Shown: positions 8,574 to 18,822 of the stretch, piece after piece
How the letters are laid out: the number at the start of each line of letters is the position of its first letter
Numbering within the stretch: position 1 is the first letter of the stretch
Made by a program: the position numbers and the translations under genes
Virus record (IMG/VR): IMGVR_UViG_3300043775_002247
DNA from: an uncultured virus (IMG/VR IMGVR_UViG_3300043775_002247)
Lineage: Duplodnaviria; Heunggongvirae; Uroviricota; Caudoviricetes
DNA length: 64,000 nt
Direction: 5' to 3' (one strand)
Notes under the pieces: generated by a model
Told to the model about the DNA's origin: nothing
Databases searched by the model: none
Seen by the model: only the letters and a program-made list of their open reading frames with translations

Positions 8574-10310
8574 TTAAAATCCTAATTCGTCGTCACCCCA
8601 CATTTGAGCCGGTGCAACATTGTAATTATATGAATTTAATTTCATTATTGAATCGTTTTTCCAAGATAATCTCATTTCAGTACCATTTTTTCCTGTTTTT
8701 GTAACCGAATATATTTCAACTTCTTTAGCAACCCAATCAGAAAACACTTTTCTACCCCCAAATTCGCCATCAATCTGTAAGATATCAAACAAATCCTCAT
8801 ATTGGTAAATTTTATTATCCAATTTAATTAATGCGTCATCCCAACTTTCATCCAATCTTTGATTAAATTTCCCCAAAGTTTGAACTCTCTCTAAATCAAA
8901 CGTATTATGTTGAGAAGGTAAAGTAATACGATATTCTATTGACGCTCTCTCTTCAGTATCACCCTGACCTCGTCTCATAGAGATTAGTAAAGAATCAACT
9001 CGTTTGATGTACGTTTTAACACAATTGTTTTGGAAGAACGACTCATTATTATATCGTTTGGATGTTAATAATACCTCCGGGAAATACGGACCATCTTTGG
9101 TTAATATCGCCTCGTTAACCTTCTCAACAAAAGTTGGGTTGTAAATTCTTCTGAAGTCACCATTGGTATAATGATTAAACTTCTCAGACCAATCGTAGTG
9201 TTCTTGAGTAAATTCATCGTGAGTATTTGACTTCCATTTAATTGGTTCTAAATCTTTTAAAAATATATAAAATCTAAAGTGGTCACTGATTGTATGATAA
9301 TCAATTAACTTATTATAGTATAATTTATAAATCTCAAAAAAGTTTGAACGCTCCGATTTAGATAATCCACTACCATTCAAAACCCCCAAAGAAATTTTAG
9401 TTAATGTTGTTGTTTCCAACAATTTTTTAATAAATTCTTCAGATTGATTTAGAATGAATTTCTCTCCAAAAAATTCACAAGACAAATCAAAATGACTACC
9501 ATCTAAAAATCTATCAACCTGATGTAACATCTTCTTAACTTTATCCCCCTTCAAATTATGAACCCTCATTAAGGCATCAATATACTTATACTCACACTTA
9601 ACCAAATCTTTCTTCTTTGGTTGAGGATAAGCGTCGGCAAGTTCAAACCAATTGTCAGGGTATTTGATTCCTTGAGCATCTAAGTATCGTCTATAAATTT
9701 TTTGTTCCGGTAATAATGTAGGATATTTTTCTGTTCCCGGAATTGAATTTACATACACAGAGACCACTTGGTTAACAATGGTTGGGACATCAATAGTTTT
9801 TTGTTCTTCAGAACTAAACGTGTCTCGTATCCATCTTCTTAACGTATTGATAGGGTCAGAATTAAATAATGTTCTTCTAATTCTTTTACGGCACTTTCTT
9901 TTTAAGTGGTAGTTATCCAACGTACCAGTATATAACGCGTTGGTCTTATGGTTGAATGTGATAAACTTACATTGAGTACTAGTTTTAAACCATTTTGAGG
10001 TTACCCTTCTTCGTCTGTTGTACCAAAACAACTTGAAGGTAATCTTATCACCCTCGGTTGTAACACACATAATTCTTCGTGTCATATCAACAGAAGCCAT
10101 CGGGTTACCATAGTGCTCGTTAAATTTTTCTTCAGTATTGTAATCACCCTTCATATCAAAATGACCCCAAGGCGCACTACTACGAAATGGTGTTATCATA
10201 CCACCAAATACGTCAATCTCTTCTTCCTGTTTAGTTATAATACGATTGGTGTCGGAGTATTCATATACCCGATATTCTTTTCTAGTAAGGTTAAATAATT
10301 CTTCTCTCAT
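8574..10310 (-). CDS. PcfJ-like domain protein
   Basis: C-terminal NNESFFQNNCVKTY...RASIEY...VQTLGKFN resembles the PcfJ pattern; likely start MREELF at 10310. Confidence 0.65.
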   Translation of the reverse strand: MREELFNLTRKEYRVYEYSDTNRIITKQEEEIDVFGGMITPFRSSAPWGHFDMKGDYNTEEKFNEHYGNPMASVDMTRRIMCVTTEGDKITFKLFWYNRRRRVTSKWFKTSTQCKFITFNHKTNALYTGTLDNYHLKRKCRKRIRRTLFNSDPINTLRRWIRDTFSSEEQKTIDVPTIVNQVVSVYVNSIPGTEKYPTLLPEQKIYRRYLDAQGIKYPDNWFELADAYPQPKKKDLVKCEYKYIDALMRVHNLKGDKVKKMLHQVDRFLDGSHFDLSCEFFGEKFILNQSEEFIKKLLETTTLTKISLGVLNGSGLSKSERSNFFEIYKLYYNKLIDYHTISDHFRFYIFLKDLEPIKWKSNTHDEFTQEHYDWSEKFNHYTNGDFRRIYNPTFVEKVNEAILTKDGPYFPEVLLTSKRYNNESFFQNNCVKTYIKRVDSLLISMRRGQGDTEERASIEYRITLPSQHNTFDLERVQTLGKFNQRLDESWDDALIKLDNKIYQYEDLFDILQIDGEFGGRKVFSDWVAKEVEIYSVTKTGKNGTEMRLSWKNDSIMKLNSYNYNVAPAQMWGDDELGF

Positions 10311-10328
10311 ACAACACAATTAAGAATA

Positions 10329-10336
10329 CAAAGATA
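10329..10336 (-). promoter_or_regulatory. Bacteroidota-type -7 promoter box
   Basis: TATCTTTG on the minus strand, upstream of the PcfJ-like gene. Confidence 0.6.
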
Positions 10337-10360
10337 ATACAATAATCTTAGTTATACAAA

Positions 10361-10651
10361 TTAGTTAAGAGAAAAGTGTGCAAATTCTGTGTGATAAATT
10401 ATGGACTTAATCTTATCCATATCAACCTCATCGTTTTGAGATTGTTTAAGTGATACAACAATAGATATGATTTGTTTTTGAGTTAAAGAAACGTCCTCTC
10501 CGTTCTCAACGTTATCTAATGATTGTTGTTTTACTCTATCGTAGAAGTCATCCTTTAAAACATCCCCAATCAACTGAATTAAGTCGTTGGGGTTGTTGTT
10601 AAAGAAAGTTTTAAATTGATTAATGTAGATTTCAACGTCAACATTTTTCAT
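10361..10651 (-). CDS. hypothetical protein
   Basis: 96 aa ORF with ATG start. Confidence 0.65.
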   Translation of the reverse strand: MKNVDVEIYINQFKTFFNNNPNDLIQLIGDVLKDDFYDRVKQQSLDNVENGEDVSLTQKQIISIVVSLKQSQNDEVDMDKIKSIIYHTEFAHFSLN

Positions 10652-10676
10652 TTTGTATGGTGTTTAAATATTAATA

Positions 10677-12053
10677 CTAGTCAAAATAATAGAATCCCAT
10701 TCCTTCGTCTGTCAATCTCTCCTTTAATTTTGGTGGGATTTCAACATTTGGGTTACTATCTTTTAAATTGATAAACGCTAAATCAGTTAAGTTGATTAAA
10801 CATTCAGGTAAAGATTTTAAATCTTTGTTATTTGGTAGAGCCAAGAAATTCAATTCTTTTAATTCACAAACTGAACTTGGAATAGTTCTACAAATTTTCT
10901 CTAATTTTAATGCTTGTAGGTTTTTAAATCTACCGATTGATTCCGGAACATCTAAAGCAATATTCTCATTTGATTTATTACTGATTAATAATCTAACAAT
11001 CGTATCAGGTAAACTTTCAAACAATTCATCAAAACCATATAACGCAACAAATTTACCTGCCGCATTATCAGGATAAGAAATATCCACAACATCACTTGTA
11101 CCAGCTTTAACTAATCCTTTAGCAAATTCAGGTTTGAAGAAATCTTTAAGTTCCGACATAGGACCATTCAAGTATTCAACCAAGTTAATTTGTCTGTCCG
11201 TTCTATCCATATATTGATTAGATGGGAAGTGGAATTGGTATCTTTCTTTTGGTAAACCGGTTTTTAAACCAACCTCACCTTTATCGTCATTAGGGAATAC
11301 AACATATAATGGACCATCTTTAATATATCCGTTGAAGTAAGTTAAACCAGGTGATGATGTACACCATCTTGATTCTCCTTGGTCATATTCGTGGAATCCA
11401 CCGTAATAAACCGCAGCGTCTTTTCCTACTTCACCTTTATCAGAGATTCTAATCATAGTCCAATTTGGACCTTCCCATACAATCTCACCACCTGCGTGAT
11501 TAAATCCTTCTCGGGTCTTCTTAGCTACCTTCTTCTCTAATTCTTTTTGTTTTTTCTCCGGCATTACGAACTCATCCAATAATTTGAATAACTCAGCAGC
11601 AGTTATTTTGTTAATATCTCTCGCCTCTTGAGGTAAGTATTGTTTAACTTTTTCGTATTTTCTTAAGTCAGAAGTTACTTTATATAAATCCTCCAAGAAT
11701 AATCTTCTATACTCTTGAGCGGCCTTTTTATATTCAGGTGTTCCCGGTTCTAAACCAGCATTCTCATCGGTAAATACCGGTTTTATGAAGTTTTTAAGTA
11801 GCCATTGAGAGTATTTCCCAACTTTAACTTTTTCCATATCCTTTAAAGAAATAGTGTCAATATCCATTCCTTCAGGAACGATTGTGGTTGGGTCAGCAAG
11901 TATAATAGCCTTTAATGTTTCAAAATCCATCGCCCCTTTAGGTTTCTCACCCGGTCTTGTTGGCTTGTCAGAAGGTTTTACCAATTTGTCATATAACACT
12001 TGGAAACGCGATTGTTCTGTAATTAAAGTTGATAATGTGTTAGTTAGTCTCAT
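10677..12053 (-). CDS. protein with C-terminal leucine-rich repeats
   Basis: VPESIGRFKNLQALKL, IPSSVCELKELNFLAL and LPECLINLTDLAFINL repeats; central SRWCTS...YQFHF region. Confidence 0.8.
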   Translation of the reverse strand: MRLTNTLSTLITEQSRFQVLYDKLVKPSDKPTRPGEKPKGAMDFETLKAIILADPTTIVPEGMDIDTISLKDMEKVKVGKYSQWLLKNFIKPVFTDENAGLEPGTPEYKKAAQEYRRLFLEDLYKVTSDLRKYEKVKQYLPQEARDINKITAAELFKLLDEFVMPEKKQKELEKKVAKKTREGFNHAGGEIVWEGPNWTMIRISDKGEVGKDAAVYYGGFHEYDQGESRWCTSSPGLTYFNGYIKDGPLYVVFPNDDKGEVGLKTGLPKERYQFHFPSNQYMDRTDRQINLVEYLNGPMSELKDFFKPEFAKGLVKAGTSDVVDISYPDNAAGKFVALYGFDELFESLPDTIVRLLISNKSNENIALDVPESIGRFKNLQALKLEKICRTIPSSVCELKELNFLALPNNKDLKSLPECLINLTDLAFINLKDSNPNVEIPPKLKERLTDEGMGFYYFD

Positions 12054-12129
12054 TTTAATCGTTTTTATTATAAATATTTGTTTTTTCTAAATAATTCGCT
12101 AAACATCATTTACTTTTGTTCAACGGGGA

Positions 12130-12137
12130 CAAAGATA
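12130..12137 (-). promoter_or_regulatory. Bacteroidota-type -7 promoter box
   Basis: TATCTTTG on the minus strand in the gap upstream of 12053. Confidence 0.55.
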
Positions 12138-12160
12138 ACACTTATTTCTTAAAACACAAA

Positions 12161-13009
12161 TTATTTTTGGTAATTCATAATAAGGAGTTCTTCCCCCATA
12201 TTTTGTGCCTTACCTTTCTTCGCAGCGGCCGCCTTAGCGAACTCTTTCTTCTCCCAAACAAATTGAAGAGGTGGAAACCAAGTATGTAATTGTGGGAAAT
12301 CGTAATACGATAATGAGAACTTACCTTGAATACCTTTTAGACAATCAGCCAATCTCTCGTGGTCTTTACTATCAAAGTCGTGGTTGTTGTAATAGTTCTC
12401 TGTCTTCCAATATGGGGGGTCAGCATAAACATATGTTGATGGCCCATCATATTTTTGGATAACGTCTTGGAAGTCCATATTTTCTACGTGAGTAATCTTT
12501 AAGAAGTGTTCAACCCAATCTTTTTTAGATAACTTATCTCTGAATGTAAGGTATTTTGATTTATACTTACCTTTTAAGTCAATAAAATTACTTGTTTCAG
12601 GTTTAGACCCCGAGAATACCTGTGATAATACATAAGCGTATTTCGCAGCGATAACATAATCGTAAGCCTGTAAGTTTAAATTCTCGTCAAAAATTTCAGC
12701 TTGGAAGTTGATAAATTGTTCTTTATAGATGTCCGGTGTCGGAAACTCATTCCTTTGTTGACAAGGAATATTATTCACTTCTTCTAATAATCTTTCCGGA
12801 TTATGAAGACATTGAAATAAATTGTAGTTTAGTGGATTAAAGTCGTTGTAAACAACGTTCTTTAAGTTTGGGTACTTTGTTAAGTCCATATTAAAAAATA
12901 CCCAAAACATACCTGAAAATGGTTCAATGTATGTTTCAATGTCGTTAGGTATAAATGGAACAATCCATTTACCTATTTTAGATTTACCTCCGATGTACGA
13001 TAATGCCAT
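12161..13009 (-). CDS. Dam-like (D12 class) N6-adenine DNA methyltransferase
   Basis: SYIGGKS, YIEPFSG, YND, ENMDF and YADPPY motifs; likely start MALSY at 13009. Confidence 0.92.
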   Translation of the reverse strand: MALSYIGGKSKIGKWIVPFIPNDIETYIEPFSGMFWVFFNMDLTKYPNLKNVVYNDFNPLNYNLFQCLHNPERLLEEVNNIPCQQRNEFPTPDIYKEQFINFQAEIFDENLNLQAYDYVIAAKYAYVLSQVFSGSKPETSNFIDLKGKYKSKYLTFRDKLSKKDWVEHFLKITHVENMDFQDVIQKYDGPSTYVYADPPYWKTENYYNNHDFDSKDHERLADCLKGIQGKFSLSYYDFPQLHTWFPPLQFVWEKKEFAKAAAAKKGKAQNMGEELLIMNYQK

Positions 13010-13102
13010 AATTTTCTTTTTTTTAAGTATAAGAAATAAAAAGTTAAAAAGCAAGTTTCTCTTTCAAAAATTTTTTATTATATTTATTTAAAATATATTA
13101 CT

Positions 13103-13306
13103 ATGGAACAACTTGAAGGACAAATTATCGAAGAAAAGGATATTATTTACGACATCACTGAACAACCTAAAAAAGAATGTAAAACATGTAAACGTAAGTC
13201 ATTATCTAAATCACATTGGGTTATGGTGATTATATCAACATATGTTTTATTCTCATCAATTTATGGCACAATCAAATTAGTAAAAGAACTAATTAATCTT
13301 TTCTAA
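13103..13306 (+). CDS. small CxxC plus transmembrane protein
   Basis: CKTC followed by a hydrophobic helix; TATTTAT at 13081-13087. Confidence 0.65.
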   Translation: MEQLEGQIIEEKDIIYDITEQPKKECKTCKRKSLSKSHWVMVIISTYVLFSSIYGTIKLVKELINLF

Positions 13307-14220
13307 TTACGTTTAAATTTAACGTGTAGCTTAACGAATAAATCACCCGTATTATGAAACCCTTTTGATTTTACTCGAAGGGGTTTTTCTGTATCAAATT
13401 CTTCAGGTAATTTTATAGACATTGTACCTTTTGGGTGTTTAATATCTAACTTTTCATTTCTAATAGTATCTAAATTAAAATACGCATTATATATCAAATC
13501 ATCACCTGATTTTTCAAAATTATCTTCAGGAGTTACTTTAACTTTAATTACTAGATTTCCATAAACACCATTCACATAGTCACCTTTACCTTGCAATTTC
13601 AAAAATTGACCCTCATCTATTCCGTGAGGAAGTTTAATTGTTATTGTCTCAGGTTTAGTAGTGGTTGTTTCTCCATTACACGAACCACAAACCGTTTTAT
13701 ATGAAAATCCTTTACCACCACATGAATTACAAGTTTGTCTCACAAGTTGGACAAATAACCCTGAACCAACTCTTTGTGTAATAAACCCTTCCCCACCACA
13801 AGAGTTACAATTTATTCTTTCACCACCATTACCATTACACGGTTCACATTTATGTTTTCTATTATACGTAAAACTTTTTTCTGAACCATTATAAGATTGT
13901 ATTGCACCAACGGTAACTTCAATAATTTTATCAGGAGCCGCCCTTCTTCTTTGTTGGTAAAAACCATTTTGAAACATATCCTCAAAAGGATTAAACCCTC
14001 CACCACCCATATTAGAAAATGGGTTACTTCTTTGGTTATCGTATTGTTTTCGTTTACTTTCGTCACCTACCGTATCATAAGCTTGTGATATTTTTTTAAA
14101 AGTATCTTCATTACCACCTTTGTCCGGATGATGTTCTACCGCTAATTTACGATATGCTTTCTTAATCTCATCTTGAGTTGCGTTTTCATTCACACCTAGT
14201 GTTTGATAAAAATTCTCCAT
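13303..14220 (-). CDS. dnaJ: DnaJ (Hsp40) co-chaperone
   Basis: J-domain with HPD, short G/F region, four CxxCxG zinc-finger repeats and a C-terminal domain. Confidence 0.95.
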   Translation of the reverse strand: MENFYQTLGVNENATQDEIKKAYRKLAVEHHPDKGGNEDTFKKISQAYDTVGDESKRKQYDNQRSNPFSNMGGGGFNPFEDMFQNGFYQQRRRAAPDKIIEVTVGAIQSYNGSEKSFTYNRKHKCEPCNGNGGERINCNSCGGEGFITQRVGSGLFVQLVRQTCNSCGGKGFSYKTVCGSCNGETTTTKPETITIKLPHGIDEGQFLKLQGKGDYVNGVYGNLVIKVKVTPEDNFEKSGDDLIYNAYFNLDTIRNEKLDIKHPKGTMSIKLPEEFDTEKPLRVKSKGFHNTGDLFVKLHVKFKRN

Positions 14221-14275
14221 ACTTATTTACTTATATTTAATATAAAACTAACTTATTTATTAATACACACCAAAT

Positions 14276-14917
14276 ATGAACTATCAGATAGTATTGTTTA
14301 AAAATAAAACAAAAAAGAAAATAATCAAGAAATTTATGACCCATAAAAGGGCAAATAATTATTTTGATTCACTTATGGATGAAAGTGATTTAGTTATATT
14401 TGATAAAAAATATGAAAATGGTGTGGAGTGTAGTTATGAATTAGCGTTATTAGAAAAAACTTCGGGGACTTTTTTACCTATATTTTTAAAAGACGAATAC
14501 GGGAGAAAAGTTAAAGTAAATTTAGATGACGATAACTTTACAATCTTAAAAATAATGAAATTTAAGATTGAAGAGTCGTTTTTAGATTATTCAAAAAATC
14601 AAAAAATAGGGTTAGGTGAATTATTAAAAACTTATTTAAAAGAAGACGGACTTAAATTAATATCTAAATTAAACAATAAAATCATCATTCAAAATGATGA
14701 TAAATTTAATTTATTAACATTTAAAAATGATGATGATAGTTTAAGATTTATTGATAATGTATCGGAACACTTTATAAATGAAAAACGATACGATTGTATG
14801 TTTGTTAAAGATTATAGCACTTCACAAAGAAAATACCTATATAATCTATTAGAAGAAAACGGGTTTCCTAAACATTATTTAATTAGACATTCGACGACTC
14901 ATCCAACAAAAACATAA
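14276..14917 (+). CDS. hypothetical protein
   Basis: 213 aa ORF; TATTTAT at 14254-14260. Confidence 0.7.
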   Translation: MNYQIVLFKNKTKKKIIKKFMTHKRANNYFDSLMDESDLVIFDKKYENGVECSYELALLEKTSGTFLPIFLKDEYGRKVKVNLDDDNFTILKIMKFKIEESFLDYSKNQKIGLGELLKTYLKEDGLKLISKLNNKIIIQNDDKFNLLTFKNDDDSLRFIDNVSEHFINEKRYDCMFVKDYSTSQRKYLYNLLEENGFPKHYLIRHSTTHPTKT

Positions 14918-15119
14918 TATCATTACCCGACATTTCTATTTTAAATTGTTTAAAAGATTTGTCGATTTCTCTAAAGTTTCCTTGAACTTTTTTAAATTCA
15001 GTTTCTTTTAATTCAAATGCTAATAACATTTTTCCATCAGGAAATAATTCATCTGCAGCGTCAACAATCATTGCCAACTTTTCAATTATCCCATCAATAC
15101 TTTTTTGATTCTCTGCCAT
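14883..15119 (-). CDS. hypothetical protein
   Basis: 78 aa ORF overlapping its operon neighbour. Confidence 0.6.
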   Translation of the reverse strand: MAENQKSIDGIIEKLAMIVDAADELFPDGKMLLAFELKETEFKKVQGNFREIDKSFKQFKIEMSGNDIMFLLDESSNV

Positions 15120-15271
15120 AATGTCAATTTTTCCGGAGGTTTTGGAAGAATATCTTCCTTTTTTAATTTTTTAATATTATCAATTAATTTTGACTTTTCT
15201 TGGTCAAGAATAATTTTATCTTTAATTATCTCGTTCTGCAACCACTCTAGTTGTTGTAAGCTCTTCTTCAT
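15086..15271 (-). CDS. small coiled-coil protein
   Basis: About 60 aa, ends LTLWQRIKKVLMG; start uncertain. Confidence 0.55.
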   Translation of the reverse strand: MKKSLQQLEWLQNEIIKDKIILDQEKSKLIDNIKKLKKEDILPKPPEKLTLWQRIKKVLMG

Positions 15272-15668
15272 TATCGTCAAGTTTTAATTTACTTAATGTT
15301 TTAGATTTTAAATCAAATTTTAAATTCTGTAAACTTTCTAAATTTTGTTTTTCAAAAATAGATTTTAACTCATCAACTTTATTTTGAAATAATCTATCTT
15401 TTTCTTCTCTCTCAAGATTATATTTTATAATGTTTTGTAAATTTTCAGTTACTTGTTCTACATCACTTTCATTAATTTCCGCAACAAAAGAAAATGTACG
15501 GTTACCAGCTATTTTATTTTCCTGTTCCATTACTTTATCTTCTTGGACATATTTTTTAGGTAGTTTCCATGATGTTGGGAAACTAATATCAAACGATAAA
15601 TATTTTTCAATCTTTCTTACTGATTGAATATACGGTAATAATTCCGAAAATTCTTTATACAAACTCAT
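15222..15668 (-). CDS. hypothetical protein
   Basis: 148 aa ORF within the operon. Confidence 0.7.
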   Translation of the reverse strand: MSLYKEFSELLPYIQSVRKIEKYLSFDISFPTSWKLPKKYVQEDKVMEQENKIAGNRTFSFVAEINESDVEQVTENLQNIIKYNLEREEKDRLFQNKVDELKSIFEKQNLESLQNLKFDLKSKTLSKLKLDDNEEELTTTRVVAERDN

Positions 15669-15670
15669 AA

Positions 15671-15859
15671 TTAATTTTTAATAATGTAGGTTAAACAATA
15701 TGATATTGCTAATCCAAGATAAATAAGTTCCCCTCTATTCCATTGGAATCTCTTTGGTGGGTTTGAGAACAGGGAACTTACCAATCTAGTAACCGTTCTA
15801 AACACGGTTAGAACTGAAAAGATAAATACAAATAAAAAAATTGTATCAGTACTATCCAT
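15671..15859 (-). CDS. small membrane protein with two TM helices
   Basis: Two hydrophobic segments in 62 aa. Confidence 0.65.
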   Translation of the reverse strand: MDSTDTIFLFVFIFSVLTVFRTVTRLVSSLFSNPPKRFQWNRGELIYLGLAISYCLTYIIKN

Positions 15860-16035
15860 TACTCTTCTTTTTTTCTTTCAGATAAAATCTCTTTTCTTAA
15901 ACTATCTAATAATTTTTTCAAATCTTGTGCAGATTTTCTTGCTCTTGTTCCAGCACTTTTATTACCTCCAAAAAATTTTGAAGTATCAACAGATAACTCT
16001 TCGGTTAAAGATTTAATTTGTTCTAATGTTTCCAT
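15859..16035 (-). CDS. histone H1-like Hc1-family protein (absent from the ORF track)
   Basis: 58 aa METLEQIKSLTEELSVDTSKFFGGNKSAGTRARKSAQDLKKLLDSLRKEILSEKKEE; GNKxAGTRARK is the Hc1-like signature; TAATG coupling to the next gene. Confidence 0.82.
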   Translation of the reverse strand: METLEQIKSLTEELSVDTSKFFGGNKSAGTRARKSAQDLKKLLDSLRKEILSERKKEE

Positions 16036-16117
16036 TTCAAATTGTGTTAATTAATTTATTTTTAATACTTATAAAATAATTTTTTTTATCCTATAGTAAA
16101 CACTATAAAGGATTTTT

Positions 16118-16585
16118 TTATTTTTTAAGATTTTTGTCTAATATTTTATAAATGGTTAAAACCATATCTAAATCTGATTTTGTAAAAGTTTTTTTGGTGT
16201 TAAATAGGTCTGTAAAAAAACTATTAATAGAGTTTTTAACTTTATCTTCAACTTGAAGATAAAATATTTCACTAAAGAATGAATAAAAATAATCGAAATG
16301 GTCACCTCTCTTATTGAAGTTAATATTTTCTTTACCAAAATTATCTATAACCTTCATCCAACACCATTCAAAGTGTTTTAAATTATCATCATCCGTTAAT
16401 TTAATTTTAGTTTCGGTAGACACATCATCTTGACCTAAATAAGTATCGTAGATTAAAATATATAATGTATGGCAGAAATCAGAATATAATTCCATTTTTT
16501 CAGAAATTATATTATTCATCTTAAACCAAATATCAATATCTTCAGGTTTTAAGGGTTTCGTTATGTAGTTAAAAAAATTCTCCAT
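16118..16585 (-). CDS. hypothetical protein
   Basis: 155 aa ORF with ATG start. Confidence 0.7.
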   Translation of the reverse strand: MENFFNYITKPLKPEDIDIWFKMNNIISEKMELYSDFCHTLYILIYDTYLGQDDVSTETKIKLTDDDNLKHFEWCWMKVIDNFGKENINFNKRGDHFDYFYSFFSEIFYLQVEDKVKNSINSFFTDLFNTKKTFTKSDLDMVLTIYKILDKNLKK

Positions 16586-16605
16586 AGATGTTTGTCTATG
16601 GAGAA
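16571..16605 (-). terminator. intrinsic terminator overlapping the start codon at 16585
   Basis: Minus strand TTCTCCATAGA-CAAACA-TCTATGGAGAA followed by T7. Confidence 0.75.
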
Positions 16606-16633
16606 AATATAATTGATATAATTTGTTTGTAAA

Positions 16634-17944
16634 TTATTGAGTTTTTTGATTGTAACCGATTAAAGATTTCATTCTATCAAACTCCTCATTAATTTGTTTT
16701 GTTTTTTTATCGTTAACCGATTCTAATTTAGCCATAATATCACTTCCTTTATCTTCACCTGATTTATCATTGATAACCGGTTGAGGTGCTTTGTTATACG
16801 CTTTTCTTTTAAGTTTACCTAATAAATTATCTTTTCTAATTTTATTACGTTTTTTATTAACATCAGATTCACCAGTATTTGCCCAATCAGGGTTGTTACC
16901 TGTTTTTGAAGAACCTTCTATGTTATTAGTTACCCACTCTTCGTTAGGTTCAATACCATCATAATCTAAATTCTCTAAAGCCGCTGCAGTAAAGTTATCA
17001 ATATAATCTTCCACCGCTCCTGACGGAACATATGCCTTTTTACTCATTTTAGCTAATTCCCCATTTCCTTTAGGAAAAATTTTTGGATTTGTATCATATT
17101 CAGCTTTAGAACCATCTTTCAAATAATCTTTCATTTTTTGAGCAACAGCTTTAAGGTTATCTTCATTTTCTTTACCGTCTTTTTTATGAACTTGTTTGTA
17201 TTTTTCTAATCCCGGAGCACTTCCAATAGTTTTTAAGTTATTTTTTTCAGCCGGGTCTTTAACATTTGTGGTTTTTTGTTCTAAAACAATTCTTTCAATT
17301 AAATTAACTAACTCTCTTTCATTCATTCTAACTGATTCTTTAACCGGGTATTTTTTACCATCAACTTCAAAAGAATCTTTACCACTTTTTTTAGCATCTG
17401 ATAAAGCTCCTGAAAACGCATTACCTTCTTCAGTTTCTTGTTCCTCCATACCATGTCTATCTTTAAATTTCATGCTATTTCCTTTTTTCTCTTTACGTAA
17501 AAGTTTAAAGTCCTCCGAATCAATTTTATTGTTTTTGTTTTTATCTAATTTTCTTTGACGACCTTTCAATCCCTCATTCATTGAGTCACCACAAAATTGT
17601 TTTGTTCTATCATCTTCCGGACCAAATTTATCCATATGATATTTACAAGATTCTTCATTTTCTATATTTGTCTCTGTTTCAATATCTTCTTCTTCTTGAA
17701 CGTAATCAAACTCATCTTTGTTATTAATGTCTTCAACATCATAAATACCTTCTTCCATCATATTATACCCACATTCCATACATTCACCTTCATTCATATT
17801 ACTACCACACTGTTCACAAACTTCAGAGTTTTCTTTAATAGATGATTTAATTTTAGATACTAAAGTTTCTGCCTTTTCACCTAAATTTTCTTTCAATACT
17901 TTAGAAATCATTTTTTCTAAATAAGTTATAGTTAATTTTCTCAT
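16634..17944 (-). CDS. modular charged protein, putative head/internal protein
   Basis: CEQC/CMEC pair, EF-hand-like DKNKNNKIDSEDF and many xxE junctions; TATTTAT at 17960-17966. Confidence 0.65.
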   Translation of the reverse strand: MRKLTITYLEKMISKVLKENLGEKAETLVSKIKSSIKENSEVCEQCGSNMNEGECMECGYNMMEEGIYDVEDINNKDEFDYVQEEEDIETETNIENEESCKYHMDKFGPEDDRTKQFCGDSMNEGLKGRQRKLDKNKNNKIDSEDFKLLRKEKKGNSMKFKDRHGMEEQETEEGNAFSGALSDAKKSGKDSFEVDGKKYPVKESVRMNERELVNLIERIVLEQKTTNVKDPAEKNNLKTIGSAPGLEKYKQVHKKDGKENEDNLKAVAQKMKDYLKDGSKAEYDTNPKIFPKGNGELAKMSKKAYVPSGAVEDYIDNFTAAALENLDYDGIEPNEEWVTNNIEGSSKTGNNPDWANTGESDVNKKRNKIRKDNLLGKLKRKAYNKAPQPVINDKSGEDKGSDIMAKLESVNDKKTKQINEEFDRMKSLIGYNQKTQ

Positions 17945-17981
17945 TGTTGTTTTTTTATTATAAATATATTAGTTTTTTACT

Positions 17982-18815
17982 TTATTTATTTGATTTTAAT
18001 TTTTCGTACTCATATGAAATAATTGATTTGATTACATTCTCACTAATATTGTGTTTTTCACTAATATTTTTAATAGCTTTCTTAACCGTCTCATTCTCAT
18101 ATATCTTAAGGGCTTTAATATCACCTTGATTACAATATGGGAATTTTTTACATTTTTTCTTAACTTGAACAAATTTACCTCCAGGTATTTGAGGTTTAGA
18201 TTTTCCCATCCAATCTTTTTTATTTGTTGATTTAGCCCAAGCTGCCGTCGTTGAATATTGTCCTGATGACCCTGAACCTGTAGCTTCAGTTGCTTCAACT
18301 TTTTTTGTGTCTTTATCTAATCTAGTACCTTTGTTAAGTTTTTTTCTTAATTCAGGAATCATGTCTTCAATATCAAGATATTTCTTTTTATTATCCTTTT
18401 CTTTTTCTTCACCCTCTTTTACACAATTAGGTACCATCTTACCATTTTTCTTTTTCCCACCGACTTCTTTATATCCTTTCCAACAAGCCTCTTCCATCTC
18501 TTTTTTAGTTGTTGAGAATAATGGAGCGGAAAATCCGCCAGCAGAACCTGAACCCGTTGATTCATCAGTTTCAGTTTTTTTATTTTTTCCTTGACAATGA
18601 GCTTTTTGTGAGAAACCTTTAGGATTTTTACAATCTATACTGTCTTTATATTTTTTTGACCATTTCTCATCAATTTCATTTTCTTCACCTAATGAATTTT
18701 TAAAATCGTTAACCGCCATCATTCCTTCAATACCTTTACTATATACTCCGGCTTTACTCATTTCATCATCAACTTTATTTAATAAGTCGGCTGCCATACT
18801 TTCTTTAGTTTTCAT
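17982..18815 (-). CDS. modular Lys-rich protein, putative internal head protein
   Basis: Short modules KWSKKYKDSIDC...HC and CWKGY...VPNC, plus two E[SA]TGSGS repeats. Confidence 0.65.
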   Translation of the reverse strand: MKTKESMAADLLNKVDDEMSKAGVYSKGIEGMMAVNDFKNSLGEENEIDEKWSKKYKDSIDCKNPKGFSQKAHCQGKNKKTETDESTGSGSAGGFSAPLFSTTKKEMEEACWKGYKEVGGKKKNGKMVPNCVKEGEEKEKDNKKKYLDIEDMIPELRKKLNKGTRLDKDTKKVEATEATGSGSSGQYSTTAAWAKSTNKKDWMGKSKPQIPGGKFVQVKKKCKKFPYCNQGDIKALKIYENETVKKAIKNISEKHNISENVIKSIISYEYEKLKSNK

Positions 18816-18822
18816 AATTATT

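Noticed and set aside
12054..12160. Possible tRNA or structured ncRNA in the larger intergenic gaps
   Set aside because: No cloverleaf, T-loop or stable stem is visible; promoter motifs explain the gap
15671..15859. Holin call for small TM proteins (also 30697..30885 and 21526..21798)
   Set aside because: Hydrophobicity alone is not enough, and no holin family motif was recognised
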